Source of the DNA: Acidobacteriota bacterium
Lineage (GTDB): Bacteria; Acidobacteriota; Thermoanaerobaculia; Gp7-AA8
DNA length: 64,000 nucleotides
Direction of reading: 5' to 3'
Assembly: GCA_016184115.1 (NCBI GenBank)
Contig: JACPDH010000011.1
Location: forward strand, 48,522-112,521
A program made the position numbers and the translations under genes. The notes beneath the pieces are model-generated. The model did not search any database and had not been told where the DNA came from. It was given only the letters and a program-made list of their open reading frames with translations. Positions 9,142-18,683 of the stretch are shown one piece after another; the stretch's first letter is position 1; each line of letters opens with the position of its first letter.

Positions 9142-9669
9142 TCAGTTGGAGGTGGCAGTGAAGTTGATGGCGTTGTCGATGGCGGCTGCAGCTGCGGAAT
9201 CGGCGACTACGACATCCCACGAGTAGGAGCCGGTCGATCCGTACGTCCCGGTGCTCGTGAGGGTGGTGGCCGCGGAGTCGCTCAAGGTGCTGCCGTTGAG
9301 CTTCCAGGTGACGCCGCTCGCCGGTGCGGACCCGAGCTGCGCGGTCAGCGTGTAGTCGGTGCTAGTGAGATTCGCCTTGTCGACCTTGACGCCGACTGTC
9401 GAGGAGAGAGTCCAGTTGGATGCTCCTCGAGCGAGCGTGAAACCGGTTGGCGCCGAGCCGTACTTCGAGATGTTTCCGAGGGCGCTCGTGGCGGCAGCGG
9501 TGCCGGTACCGGAGGTCGTTCCTCCAGCCGATTCGACCGTCAGGTTGATCGAGCTTTCAACCGTGCCGGTGACGGTCAGCGTGCCGGACGAGGTGGCTGC
9601 CTGGGCGCCCGGCGCGGCGACCAGGAGAACTGCTGCAGCGGCGACAGCGAGGAGAGTTGTGTTCTTCAT
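9142..9669 (-). CDS. Putative major pilin/fibre subunit (175 aa, Ser/Thr/Ala/Gly-rich, no Cys)
   Basis: RBS GAAAGGA before ATG 9669; signal peptide ending AQA; N-terminal alternating strand GTLTVTGTV; C-terminal AINFTATSN. Confidence 0.7.
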   Translation of the reverse strand: MKNTTLLAVAAAAVLLVAAPGAQAATSSGTLTVTGTVESSINLTVESAGGTTSGTGTAAATSALGNISKYGSAPTGFTLARGASNWTLSSTVGVKVDKANLTSTDYTLTAQLGSAPASGVTWKLNGSTLSDSAATTLTSTGTYGSTGSYSWDVVVADSAAAAAIDNAINFTATSN

Positions 9670-9927
9670 GCGTTCCTTTCGCTTTGGGTGGTTAGTTGGT
9701 GGCTCTCGATTGAGCTCGAAGCTGTAGTCGTAGGAAGGCGCCGAAAAATACGCTCCGGAACACGTTTCGTATCGCGGGTGGAATCCCGCGCCGGTCGGTA
9801 TCCGATACTTCAACGGATGAGTCTCGTCGCGCTCGGAGATGAGGACACCTGCGGCGAATGGACGTACGGCGGGGAGGAGGGACGCGGCGCTCCATAACGC
9901 ACAGTGGACAGGCGCCGCGGCGATACG

Positions 9928-12033
9928 TTACGAGACGATGATCTTCTCGAAAAGGTCCTCGTCGACTTCCCGGACGAAGCGTGAGGCCTCCATCAGTACC
10001 TCGTAACGACCGCGATCGCGCATCATGACGGGATAGGTGAGGAAAAGCTCGCGCCTCGCGCGCGTCACGGCGACGTGAAAGAGGCGCCGCTCCTCCTCCT
10101 CACCAGGAATGCTGATCTCGCGATGTCCTGTCTCGTCGGCAGGAGACGCGACATCCATCATCCGCACGAGTGCCGCGTCTGCAGCCGGAAGCTCGCCGAG
10201 TTTTGGAGGCAGGCGTACGATCGTCGCCTGGTCCTTCATCGCGCGGGCGCTCGGAAAGCGGCCCTCGCACAGGCCGATCACGAAGACCGCATCCCACTCG
10301 AGTCCCTTCGCCTGGTGTACCGATGAGAGAACGACTTTCTCGTCTTCTGTCCCCGCGACGACGAGCTCTTCGCCGGCGATCGGGCGCTCGAGAGTCAGGT
10401 CGCGCAGGAACTCGCTGACCGAGTCGTATTTGAGCGCGAAGCCTGCGAGCTCTTCCAGGTCGTCAAGCCGCGTCTGGGCGTTCGGGAACTTGAGCCGAGC
10501 GTAAGCGCGGTAGTGTTCATCGAGCACGTGCCGGATAGCGTCAGCGGGACAACGGCGCATTGTCTCGGAGTCGAGTTTCCTGAGGATCGCCGCGAAGAAC
10601 CGGAGGCTTTCGCCTGCCGCGCGCGACGCGAGCGCCTGCTTCGTTGCGAGAAAGCTCGCGAGCGTGTCGTGACGTGAGGCGATTCGTTCCCACACCTCGG
10701 CGGCGATGCGCTCGCCGACGCGTGGGAAGAGCTTCATCGCGCGCTTCCACGAAAGCTCCTCCGAGGGGTTGTCGATGATTCGAATGAACGCGAGGACGTC
10801 CTTGATGTGCGCCTGCTCCATGAAGCGGATGCCGGAGCGGATCTCGTATGGGATGTTCCTCCGCGAGAGCTCCATTTCGAGCTCCATGACCTGGTAGTGC
10901 GAGCGATAGAGCACTGCGATCTCGCCGAGGCTCGTTCCCTCGTCGCGGAGCTGGAGAATGTACGACGCCACGAACTGCGCCTGCTGATCGACTGAGTCGA
11001 GCGGAACGAGTGCGGGATTGGGCCCCGAAGCGCGTACGGCCAGCAGTTCCTTCGGAAACTGAAAGCGATTGTGGGTGATCGATTGGTTCGCGAGCGCGAG
11101 GATCTCGGGCGTCGACCGGTAGTTCGTCTCGAGTCTGAACGCGCGGCAGTCGGGCCACCGAAGCGGGAATGTGAGGATGTTCTCGAACGATGCGCCGCGG
11201 AACGAGTAGATCGCCTGCGCGTCATCGCCGACGACCATCACGTTCCGATGGTCCTGCGCGAGGAGATCGACGATCTCGGCCTGAAGGTGGTTCGTATCCT
11301 GGTATTCGTCGACGAGGATGTGGCGAAAGCGGCTCCGAATCGCCTGCGACGCTTCGGGATGGGAGACGAGCAGCGTTCTCCAGTGGAGGAGAAGGTCGTC
11401 GAAGTCCATCGCGTTCGAATCCCGCTTCTTCTCCGCGTAGCGATCGAAGACGCCGCGTATCTCACTTGTGAGGCCAAGGAAGTGAGGGTGATTCCCTTCG
11501 AGGTACGCGACGAGATCGCAGCCTGTGTTGACGACGTACGAGTGAATCGACGCCAGGACATCACCGCGCGGAAAACGCTTCGCAAGGGTGTCGATTCCGA
11601 GCGACGACACCGCGGACTCCATCGTCTCCTTCGCGTCGTCCTCATCGAGGATCGTGAAGTTGGAGCGAAAACCGAGGAGCTCGGCGTGGCGGCGAAGCAG
11701 ACGATTTCCGACGGAATGAAATGTGCCGCCCCAGATGCTGCGCGTGTCGACCTGAACGAGCTCCTCGACGCGCGACAGCATCGAGCGCGAGGCCTTGTTC
11801 GTGAATGTGAGCAGGAGGATTCGCGTGGGATCGGTACCGTCCTCGACGAGACGAGATACGCGGAATGTTAGGGCGCGAGTCTTTCCGCTTCCCGCGCCCG
11901 CGATGACGAGGATCGGCCCGTCACCCGCCATCACCACGTCGAGCTGCTCGCGGTTGAGGTCGGCGTCGTAGCGGACCTTGTAGTTTCGCGATGGAGCCTT
12001 CGGCTCGAGCTTGTAGTGGCGGATCTTCGTCAC
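9928..12033 (-). CDS. UvrD/PcrA-family ATP-dependent DNA helicase
   Basis: AGAGSGKT, TFTNKA, VDEYQD, VGDDAQAIY, NYRST, SVHQAKGLE, EERRLFHVAVTRAR. Confidence 0.95.
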   Translation of the reverse strand: MTKIRHYKLEPKAPSRNYKVRYDADLNREQLDVVMAGDGPILVIAGAGSGKTRALTFRVSRLVEDGTDPTRILLLTFTNKASRSMLSRVEELVQVDTRSIWGGTFHSVGNRLLRRHAELLGFRSNFTILDEDDAKETMESAVSSLGIDTLAKRFPRGDVLASIHSYVVNTGCDLVAYLEGNHPHFLGLTSEIRGVFDRYAEKKRDSNAMDFDDLLLHWRTLLVSHPEASQAIRSRFRHILVDEYQDTNHLQAEIVDLLAQDHRNVMVVGDDAQAIYSFRGASFENILTFPLRWPDCRAFRLETNYRSTPEILALANQSITHNRFQFPKELLAVRASGPNPALVPLDSVDQQAQFVASYILQLRDEGTSLGEIAVLYRSHYQVMELEMELSRRNIPYEIRSGIRFMEQAHIKDVLAFIRIIDNPSEELSWKRAMKLFPRVGERIAAEVWERIASRHDTLASFLATKQALASRAAGESLRFFAAILRKLDSETMRRCPADAIRHVLDEHYRAYARLKFPNAQTRLDDLEELAGFALKYDSVSEFLRDLTLERPIAGEELVVAGTEDEKVVLSSVHQAKGLEWDAVFVIGLCEGRFPSARAMKDQATIVRLPPKLGELPAADAALVRMMDVASPADETGHREISIPGEEEERRLFHVAVTRARRELFLTYPVMMRDRGRYEVLMEASRFVREVDEDLFEKIIVS

Positions 12034-12159
12034 GCGACGATTATTGCCGAAGGGAAGCAGCTTTGTGGCGTGTCGTCGCGGGCGGGAAAAGGACGGACGA
12101 AATCGAGGCCAGCCATTCCAATGTCAGGCGGGGCACGATCGGACGGTGATCGTTGAGCT

Positions 12160-12429
12160 CTATTGCGCCGATCGTCGGGGCCCGAGAGCCCCGACGCACC
12201 GGTAGATCGCAACACCGCAACTCGTGCTCACCGCGCAGAAGAGCACTGCACGCGGTTCGGCGACGTTCCAGCCGCCGAAATCGAGGCGAGTCGCCACGAG
12301 CCCCCCCGCCAGGGCAAACGTCAGCCCACAAAGCGCCTCGAGAACGCGGCCCGAAGTTCGTCCGAGCGGAATGAAGCGGCAGGCGAGCAAGGCAGCCGCG
12401 CTGCCGAGCAACCACGTAAGAATGCCCAT
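12160..12429 (-). CDS. Small membrane protein, GlsB/YeaQ/YmgE-like
   Basis: MGILTWLLG start, three hydrophobic helices, GG in the second helix. Confidence 0.55.
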   Translation of the reverse strand: MGILTWLLGSAAALLACRFIPLGRTSGRVLEALCGLTFALAGGLVATRLDFGGWNVAEPRAVLFCAVSTSCGVAIYRCVGALGPRRSAQ

Positions 12430-12469
12430 GCGCCGAGTTTAGCGCGTTGCGGAAGGGGGAATCAGGGGA

Positions 12470-12700
12470 TTAGCCGTCAGTTCCGATCGCTTCGACCGGG
12501 CAGTTATCCTTCGCATCCTTGCACAGCGCCTCTTCCTCGGGGGATTCGGGCTGCTTGTAGATGAACGAGAAGCCTGCCTCGTCGTTGCGCTGGAAATTCG
12601 CAGGGGCGGTTTCGCGGCAGAGGTCGCAATCGATGCACTGCGAGTCGACATACCATGAGCCGTCGGGTTGTCCAGCTACCTTGTCATTCGGATCAGCCAT
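12470..12700 (-). CDS. Single-cluster 4Fe-4S ferredoxin
   Basis: YVDSQCIDCDLC...CPVEAI. Confidence 0.92.
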   Translation of the reverse strand: MADPNDKVAGQPDGSWYVDSQCIDCDLCRETAPANFQRNDEAGFSFIYKQPESPEEEALCKDAKDNCPVEAIGTDG

Positions 12701-12957
12701 AATCGGGATCTCCATCGCTCGAGAAGTGACTGCAACATGCGCAGCCGTGCGAAGCGAGCGTAGTCTACGCACATGCGGACGATGCCTGCAACGTTCGCCG
12801 TCACAGCTCTTTATGTGGCGTTCGTCACAGACTTTGGTGCGTCATTCGCCCCCAGGGTCGTCACTCCACGAGCTCGCAGCGCCGGGTTACCAAAAGCGCG
12901 TCACGGGGCTGGAAATTCGCTTCGTACCCTGAAAGAATCGTCACCACCGGACGAAAC

Positions 12958-13407
12958 ATGAAGTCTCCTGACGAACTTTCCATCCGCGCGGCTCGCGAGG
13001 GCGACCTCGATGACGTGCTTTCCCTTCTCATCGATGCCGACCTCAACATCGACGGAGTCCACGAAAGTCTCGGCAGTTTTGTCGTCGCCGCGGATGGCGA
13101 CCAGATCGTCGCCTGTGTCGGCGCCGAAGCCTACCAGTTCGTCGCCCTGATCCGCTCCCTCGTCGTCCAACCCGACTACCGGGGACAAGGGCTGGGACGC
13201 CGGCTCGTCCGCCAATTGATCGATCGCTTCGCGTCACGCGGGCTTCGCGAGTTTTACGTCGTTACGGAGGACGCGGACGGCTTCTTCAAGAAGCGCGGTT
13301 TCAAGCCATGCGACCGCGACGAAGTGCATCCCCAGATTGCCGGCTCGAGTGAGTTGTCGAACGCGAGTGAGACGGCCATCGTAATGCGCCTTCAGATGCT
13401 CAGTTGA
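12958..13407 (+). CDS. GNAT family N-acetyltransferase
   Basis: IRSLVVQPDYRGQGLGRRLV acetyl-CoA motif; GFFKKRGF. Confidence 0.9.
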   Translation: MKSPDELSIRAAREGDLDDVLSLLIDADLNIDGVHESLGSFVVAADGDQIVACVGAEAYQFVALIRSLVVQPDYRGQGLGRRLVRQLIDRFASRGLREFYVVTEDADGFFKKRGFKPCDRDEVHPQIAGSSELSNASETAIVMRLQMLS

Positions 13408-13415
13408 GACGGCTG

Positions 13416-14267
13416 ATGGCGCGTCCCCCGATCTTCGACGTCCACGTACACGTCCAGCCGTGGGAGATGGTTCGTCCGGAGGTGCTCGCGATGCTGCGGC
13501 ATCCGTCTCGCGAGGGGACGAAGGAGATTCTCCAATCGCCGGAGCGGCTGCTTCGCCATCTCGACGCCGAAGGAATCGAACGGATCTGTTGCATCAACTA
13601 CGTATCCCCTGAGGTGTCGGGCTTCACGCCGGAGGTGAACGACTGGATCCTCGACTTCACCAAGGGGCACCGCGATCGGCTGCTTCCTGTCGGATCGGTG
13701 AATCCGCTGGTGCAGGACGACGCGAGAGGGGAGATCCGGCGGATCCTCGACCGCGGGTTGAGGATGGTGAAGATTCACCCGCCACACCAGCTTTTCGCGG
13801 CCAACGCCTATCGATCCGACCTGCCAGCGCTCGCCGAGATCTACCGTGAGTGTGAATCGCGAAGTGTTCCGGTGATGGTGCACACGGGGACGTCCGTTTT
13901 CCCGCGTGCACGGAACGTCTTCGCGGACCCGATGCCGGTGGATGATGTCGCGGTCGACTTTCCCGCACTTCCGATCATCCTCGCGCACGCTGGGCGACCG
14001 TTGTATGGCGATACGGCGTACTTCCTCGCGCGAAGGCACGCGAACGTACTCCTTGATGTCTCCGGAATTCCGCCGACCGCCCTCGCGGAGCATCTGCCGC
14101 GTCTCGCGAGCATCTCGAAGAAGGTTCTCTGGGGAAGCGACTGGCCATCGCCGGGAGTGATCTCGATGCGCGCAAACGTCGACGCGTTTCTTGCAATCGG
14201 CTACCCGGACGAAGTCGCAGCGGACGTGCTCGGGGGCAACGCAGCGAAGTTGTTCGGGGCCTCGTAG
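13416..14267 (+). CDS. Amidohydrolase (amidohydro_2) family metalloenzyme
   Basis: DVHVH, KIHP, HTG, LAHAG, WGSDWP. Confidence 0.9.
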   Translation: MARPPIFDVHVHVQPWEMVRPEVLAMLRHPSREGTKEILQSPERLLRHLDAEGIERICCINYVSPEVSGFTPEVNDWILDFTKGHRDRLLPVGSVNPLVQDDARGEIRRILDRGLRMVKIHPPHQLFAANAYRSDLPALAEIYRECESRSVPVMVHTGTSVFPRARNVFADPMPVDDVAVDFPALPIILAHAGRPLYGDTAYFLARRHANVLLDVSGIPPTALAEHLPRLASISKKVLWGSDWPSPGVISMRANVDAFLAIGYPDEVAADVLGGNAAKLFGAS

Positions 14268-14667
14268 CGCGGCGTTCCGATGTCCCGCGCGGCGCGCAGC
14301 GTTAGGGAATAAACGTGGTTGCTCGGGACCTCGTAGCGGGACATTCCGATGTCCCGCGCGGCGCGCAGCGCTGGGGGATGAACGTGGTTGCTCGGGACCT
14401 CGTAGCGGGACATTCCGATGTCCCGCGCGGCGCGCAGCGCCGGGGGATGAACGTGGTTGCTCGGGACCTCGTAGCGGGACATTCCGATGTCCCGCGCGGC
14501 GCGCAGCGCTGGGGAATGAACTTGGTTGCTCGGGACCTCGCAGTGGGACATTCCGATGTCCCGCGCGGCGCGCAGCGCCGGAGGATGAACGTGGTTGCTC
14601 GGGACCTCGTAGCGGGACATTCCGATGTCCCGCGCGGCGCGCAGCGCCGGGGGATGAAGGTGGTTGC
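14248..14667 (+). repeat. Tandem array of six 69-bp units, each containing a GTAG-hairpin (REP-like)
   Basis: Consensus GGTTGCTCGGGACCTC-GTAG-CGGGACAT-TCCG-ATGTCCCG-CGCGGCGCGCAGCGCYGGGGGATGAACGT; GTAG at 14264, 14333, 14402, 14471, 14540 (GCAG variant) and 14609. Confidence 0.95.
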
Positions 14668-14700
14668 GAGGAGTCGGGTAAGGGGGCGAGGGAAGGGACC

Positions 14701-14725
14701 GCGGCGGATCGGAATCCGCCGCTAC
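14701..14725 (-). repeat. Inverted GTAG-hairpin variant (REP-like)
   Basis: Minus strand GTAG-CGGCGGAT-TCCG-ATCCGCCG-C; same architecture as the array units, with three compensatory base pairs. Confidence 0.75.
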
Positions 14726-15756
14726 GGCTTCGCGTCCATCGCTTTCACCACCGCCGAGAGACGCTCGCCGCTCTCGCGTCCGAGGACCAGAAGGCCGTTA
14801 GGCGAATCGATGATGAACAGATCGCTTGCGCCGACGACCGCGACCGTTCGCTCCGTCTCCGTGAGAACGAAAACGTTCGATGATGAGTCGACGACAGTTC
14901 GCTTCGGCGTCGCATCTCCGATGACCTGTGCAACCGCTGCCCAGGAGCCGACGTCGGACCATCCGAATTCGCCGCGGACGGTTGCGACGCGCGGAGCCTT
15001 TTCCATGAGCGCGTAATCGATCGAGATCGAAGGCATGCGAGAGAAGACCGTCGCGGCCTCGTCTCGCGACGGCGCGGCGGCAAACTCCCGGGCGAGAGAT
15101 GCGATTTCGGGCGCAGCAGCCGAAAGTGCTTCGAAGAAGGCTCCGAGCCTCCAAACGAACATGCCGCCGTTCCAGAGATACCGACCCGTCGCAAGAAACT
15201 CCTCCGCGCGTTCGCGAGTGGGCTTCTCGACGAAGCGCAGGAGACGGTGGACTGGCGAGGCGATCGGCTCACCCAATTCGAGGTAGCCGAATCCGGTATT
15301 CGGTTCCGTTGGCTCGAGACCGATCGTGACGAGATGATCGGAACCGGAAGCAAAGTCGTAAGCGGCGGACACCACGTGGGTGAACTCGGAGACGTTTGCG
15401 ATCGCGTGGTCGGAGGGAAAGATCCCGACCACGACATCGCCGAGACGCCGTTCGATTTCCGCACAGCAGGCCGCGATTGCCGGTGCTGTGTTCCTGCGTG
15501 CCGGTTCCACGAGCACGTGCTCGGGAGGAAGTGAGGGGAGCAGCCGAATGACCGACTCTCGATACGCATCGTTCGTCGACACGAAGATCCGCGATGGGTC
15601 TGCAATGTTCGCGAGGCGATCGAATGCATGCTCGAGCAACGAGCGGCCACCGAAGATTGGAAGGAACTGCTTCGGATTCGCGTCGGTGCTGAGCGGCCAG
15701 AGGCGCGTGCCGGCGCCGCCCGCGAGGATGAGCACCGCGCGATCAAGCTGGGACAT
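14722..15756 (-). CDS. manC: Mannose-1-phosphate guanylyltransferase
   Basis: [53 protein letters not shown]. Confidence 0.95.
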   Translation of the reverse strand: MSQLDRAVLILAGGAGTRLWPLSTDANPKQFLPIFGGRSLLEHAFDRLANIADPSRIFVSTNDAYRESVIRLLPSLPPEHVLVEPARRNTAPAIAACCAEIERRLGDVVVGIFPSDHAIANVSEFTHVVSAAYDFASGSDHLVTIGLEPTEPNTGFGYLELGEPIASPVHRLLRFVEKPTRERAEEFLATGRYLWNGGMFVWRLGAFFEALSAAAPEIASLAREFAAAPSRDEAATVFSRMPSISIDYALMEKAPRVATVRGEFGWSDVGSWAAVAQVIGDATPKRTVVDSSSNVFVLTETERTVAVVGASDLFIIDSPNGLLVLGRESGERLSAVVKAMDAKP

Positions 15757-17203
15757 TCGCTTGAACCTCGTCTGCAACACGCTCCTTGCGCTGGCCAGGC
15801 CGGCGTGCGAGCGCGATCAGACTGAGCCCGCTCGACGGTGGGGTCGACTCGAGTCTGCGAATGATCGGCACCAGGCGGTCGAAGATTTTCGACTGAAAGC
15901 TTGGCAGGTGAGAACTGCGCAGGACACGCCCGTTCCACCACCAGCCGAAACGACCGAAGCTGTTCTGGTAGTAAATCTTGTCGACGATGAAACCGGCGCG
16001 CTGGAGTTTCGATTCGAGATCTTCACGCGTGTAGCGGCGATAGTGGCCGACGACGGTGTCCATCGTTCCGAAGAGCTTTGGGCCGGCCGGAACGTAGATC
16101 GCGAGCGTTCCCCCCTCGCCGCAGAGGGTGTGGAGGCGGCGAAGCGCACCCTCGTCGTCTTCAACGTGCTCGAGCACGTTGAGGCAGACGGCGCTGTCGA
16201 AATCGTAATGCGCAAGCTCGAGGCATCGATCGTCCGAAAGATCGAGATGCGACACTTCCACGCCGGGGCGTCGCCGGAACTTGTTTCTCAGGATATCGAC
16301 GTAAGGCTGCTCAACGTCGGTCGCAACCACGAGCGGGCGGCCGTAGAGGAGACGCGTCATATTGCCGATTCCAGCGCCTACCTCGAGAACGCGCTCTCCG
16401 ACATGCGACCGGACGTTGTCCCAAACCCAGGCGTTGTAACGCTTGAGTTTGCCCATCCGGATCAGCGTTCGGTAGCCCGACGGTTCGCCGGCGTCGCCGG
16501 CGAAGAGTCCATACTTCAGGATCGTCCAGATCGCCGAGAATCCGTCTTTCCAATTGATCTTCTTGCCTTCCCAGTACTCGCGCCCGTGGTAGGAGATCGG
16601 GACCTCGTAAACGCGGTATCCGCGACGCGAGACTTTCGCCGTCACCTCGGGCTCGAAGCCAAATCGATTCGAGCGGAGCGGAATCGACTGGATCACCTCG
16701 CGGCGGAAGACCTTGTAGCAGGTCTCCATGTCGGTGAGGTTCAGATTCGTCGTCGCGTTGGAGAGAAACGTGAGGAACTTATTGCCGAGCGTGTGCCAGT
16801 AGAGCATTACGCGGCGCGGGTAGCCCTCGAAACGCGACCCGAACACGACGTCGGCGTCGCCGTCAAGAATCGGTTTGAGCAACACCGGATACTCCGATGG
16901 CTCGTACTCGAGGTCGGCATCCTGGATGATGACGATGTCTCCCTTGGCGAGCTCGATTCCTTTGCGAAGGGCCGCACCCTTGCCCATGTTCACCGGCTGG
17001 CGGACGTGGCGAAGCTCAGGCCATCCGGCGGCGATCCGCTCGACGATGTCCCACGAGCCATCGCTCGACTGGTCGTCGACGACGATGACCTCTTTCGAGA
17101 TCGGAACGGCGCGAACGCGGCGGAGGAGCTCCGCGACGGTCGCCCGCTCGTTGTAACAAGGCACAATGACTGACAGGATTGGGGTTTCTGTTGCGGGCGC
17201 CAT
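15743..17203 (-). CDS. DPM1-like GT2 glycosyltransferase fused to a class I SAM methyltransferase domain
   Basis: [35 protein letters not shown]; C-terminal [21 protein letters not shown]. Confidence 0.9.
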   Translation of the reverse strand: MAPATETPILSVIVPCYNERATVAELLRRVRAVPISKEVIVVDDQSSDGSWDIVERIAAGWPELRHVRQPVNMGKGAALRKGIELAKGDIVIIQDADLEYEPSEYPVLLKPILDGDADVVFGSRFEGYPRRVMLYWHTLGNKFLTFLSNATTNLNLTDMETCYKVFRREVIQSIPLRSNRFGFEPEVTAKVSRRGYRVYEVPISYHGREYWEGKKINWKDGFSAIWTILKYGLFAGDAGEPSGYRTLIRMGKLKRYNAWVWDNVRSHVGERVLEVGAGIGNMTRLLYGRPLVVATDVEQPYVDILRNKFRRRPGVEVSHLDLSDDRCLELAHYDFDSAVCLNVLEHVEDDEGALRRLHTLCGEGGTLAIYVPAGPKLFGTMDTVVGHYRRYTREDLESKLQRAGFIVDKIYYQNSFGRFGWWWNGRVLRSSHLPSFQSKIFDRLVPIIRRLESTPPSSGLSLIALARRPGQRKERVADEVQANVPA

Positions 17204-17255
17204 GAAGTTGGGTATTTTAGCCTATCCTTCTCACGCATCGTGGGTGCATTGACAG

Positions 17256-18668
17256 ATGACTGAAAACAGCGCTGCCGCAACCAAAACCGGATTCTCCGAA
17301 GGGCGACGCAAAGTCGTCCACATCGGCCTGGGTCTCATCGCGTTCACGCTCGGCGTGCTCCCCTGGCAGGTGGCGGCCGGCATCGCCTTTGTGGCGATCC
17401 TCTTCAATCTCTGGATGCTGCCGCGCGCGGGCGGAACCGCGATCTCGCGCGAAGCCACGGGGACTGACGTCGGGATCGTGCTCTACCCCGTCTCGGTGTT
17501 CGTGCTGATCGTCGTATTTCGCCATGAGCCAGTGATCGCCGCGGTCGGATGGATCGCGCTTGCCTTTGGCGACGGTATGGCGACGGTGATTGGGCGCAGG
17601 CTCGGGGGGCCGAAGGTACCCTGGAATCGAAATAAGAGCCTGCTCGGCACGCTCGGCTTCATCGAGTTTGCACTGCCGATGGCTTGGCTGGCGACGCTGG
17701 TGATCGACGCGACGGAGACCCTCCTCCCGAAGTTGATGATCGTGTTCGTTGTTTCTGGCGTGGCGATGCTCGTCGAATCGCTCGATACAGGAATCAACGA
17801 CAATCTATCCGTTCCCTTCGTCGCAGCATTCGCGATGTGGGCCCTGATGCTGGTGGTTCGCGTACCGGCGGCAACGCTCACTCCACAGCAGCGGACGTGG
17901 CTCATCGTCAATGCGCTGCTTGCGATCGTCGGATTCGTGGCGAAGACGGTCAACTGGTCGGGATTCATCGGCGGCGCGGCGCTCGGCAGTGCGCTCATCA
18001 TCTTTGGCGGGTGGCAGCTCTACCTCGTGCTGCTTGCCTTCTTCGTGATCGGGTCGGGAGCTACCAAACTCGGTATCCGGTCGAAGGCGAAGATGGGGCT
18101 TGCGCAGGAAGGGGGAGGGCGACGTGGCTTCTCGCACGCCTTCGCGAACGCGGGAACGGCGACGATTCTCGCGTTCCTCATCGCGACGACGGCGCTCGAT
18201 GCACCCGCGCTCTGGCTCGCGGCGGTCGCCTCCCTAGCGACGGCGGCGGCGGACACGGTCGGCTCGGAGATTGGTCAGCTCATCGGCCGGCGGCCGTTCA
18301 TGCCTCTGACGTTCAAGCGCGCGGAACCAGGCACCGAGGGCGCGATCTCACTCGAGGGCACTCTCGCCGGCAGCGTCGCGGCGTTGGGGATGGGGATCTT
18401 CGGCGCGGTGATGTGGATTTCGTGGTACACGGGTGACGTTTCGCTCCCGGACGCCTTTCGGATGGCCCTTTCGGCCGAAAAGGCTCTGCCCACCGCGAAG
18501 CTGGCGATCATGATCGCTGGCGCCGCGGTTCTCGCCTCCTGGATCGAGAGCGTCGCGGGAAGCTGGAACAGGTCGCGCAACGTCGGTATCTCGAACGGGA
18601 CGCTCAACTTCATGAACACCGTCGTCGGCGCGGCGCTGCTGCTCGCCTTCGTGCGACTCTCTTCGTAG
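17256..18668 (+). CDS. Fusion of a phytol/dolichol-kinase-like (CTP-dependent) domain and a DUF92/TMEM19 domain
   Basis: RKVVH, GDGMATVIGR..G, KSLLG, NDNL; then RGFSHAFANA, AADTVGSEIG, PGTEGAISLEGT, NFMNT. Confidence 0.85.
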   Translation: MTENSAAATKTGFSEGRRKVVHIGLGLIAFTLGVLPWQVAAGIAFVAILFNLWMLPRAGGTAISREATGTDVGIVLYPVSVFVLIVVFRHEPVIAAVGWIALAFGDGMATVIGRRLGGPKVPWNRNKSLLGTLGFIEFALPMAWLATLVIDATETLLPKLMIVFVVSGVAMLVESLDTGINDNLSVPFVAAFAMWALMLVVRVPAATLTPQQRTWLIVNALLAIVGFVAKTVNWSGFIGGAALGSALIIFGGWQLYLVLLAFFVIGSGATKLGIRSKAKMGLAQEGGGRRGFSHAFANAGTATILAFLIATTALDAPALWLAAVASLATAAADTVGSEIGQLIGRRPFMPLTFKRAEPGTEGAISLEGTLAGSVAALGMGIFGAVMWISWYTGDVSLPDAFRMALSAEKALPTAKLAIMIAGAAVLASWIESVAGSWNRSRNVGISNGTLNFMNTVVGAALLLAFVRLSS

Positions 18669-18683
18669 TCGAAAGGACTCGAC

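Noticed and set aside
9670-9927. Riboswitch (e.g. c-di-GMP) upstream of the fibre operon
   Set aside because: Only a short hairpin (CGCGGG-TGGAAT-CCCGCG) is visible and I see no recognisable aptamer consensus. An Rfam scan would settle it.
10102-10249. Intein in the helicase
   Set aside because: Too short, and it lacks the N-terminal Cys/Ser and C-terminal His-Asn signatures.
14248-14667. CRISPR array
   Set aside because: The sequences between the palindromes are near-identical rather than unique spacers, and there are no cas genes in the window.
14191-15016. Repeat-protein ORFs (14191..14883, 14315..15016, 14201..14620)
   Set aside because: The 69-bp period is a multiple of 3, so frames stay open by chance. 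The ORFs overlap real genes, and the conserved feature is the DNA hairpin.
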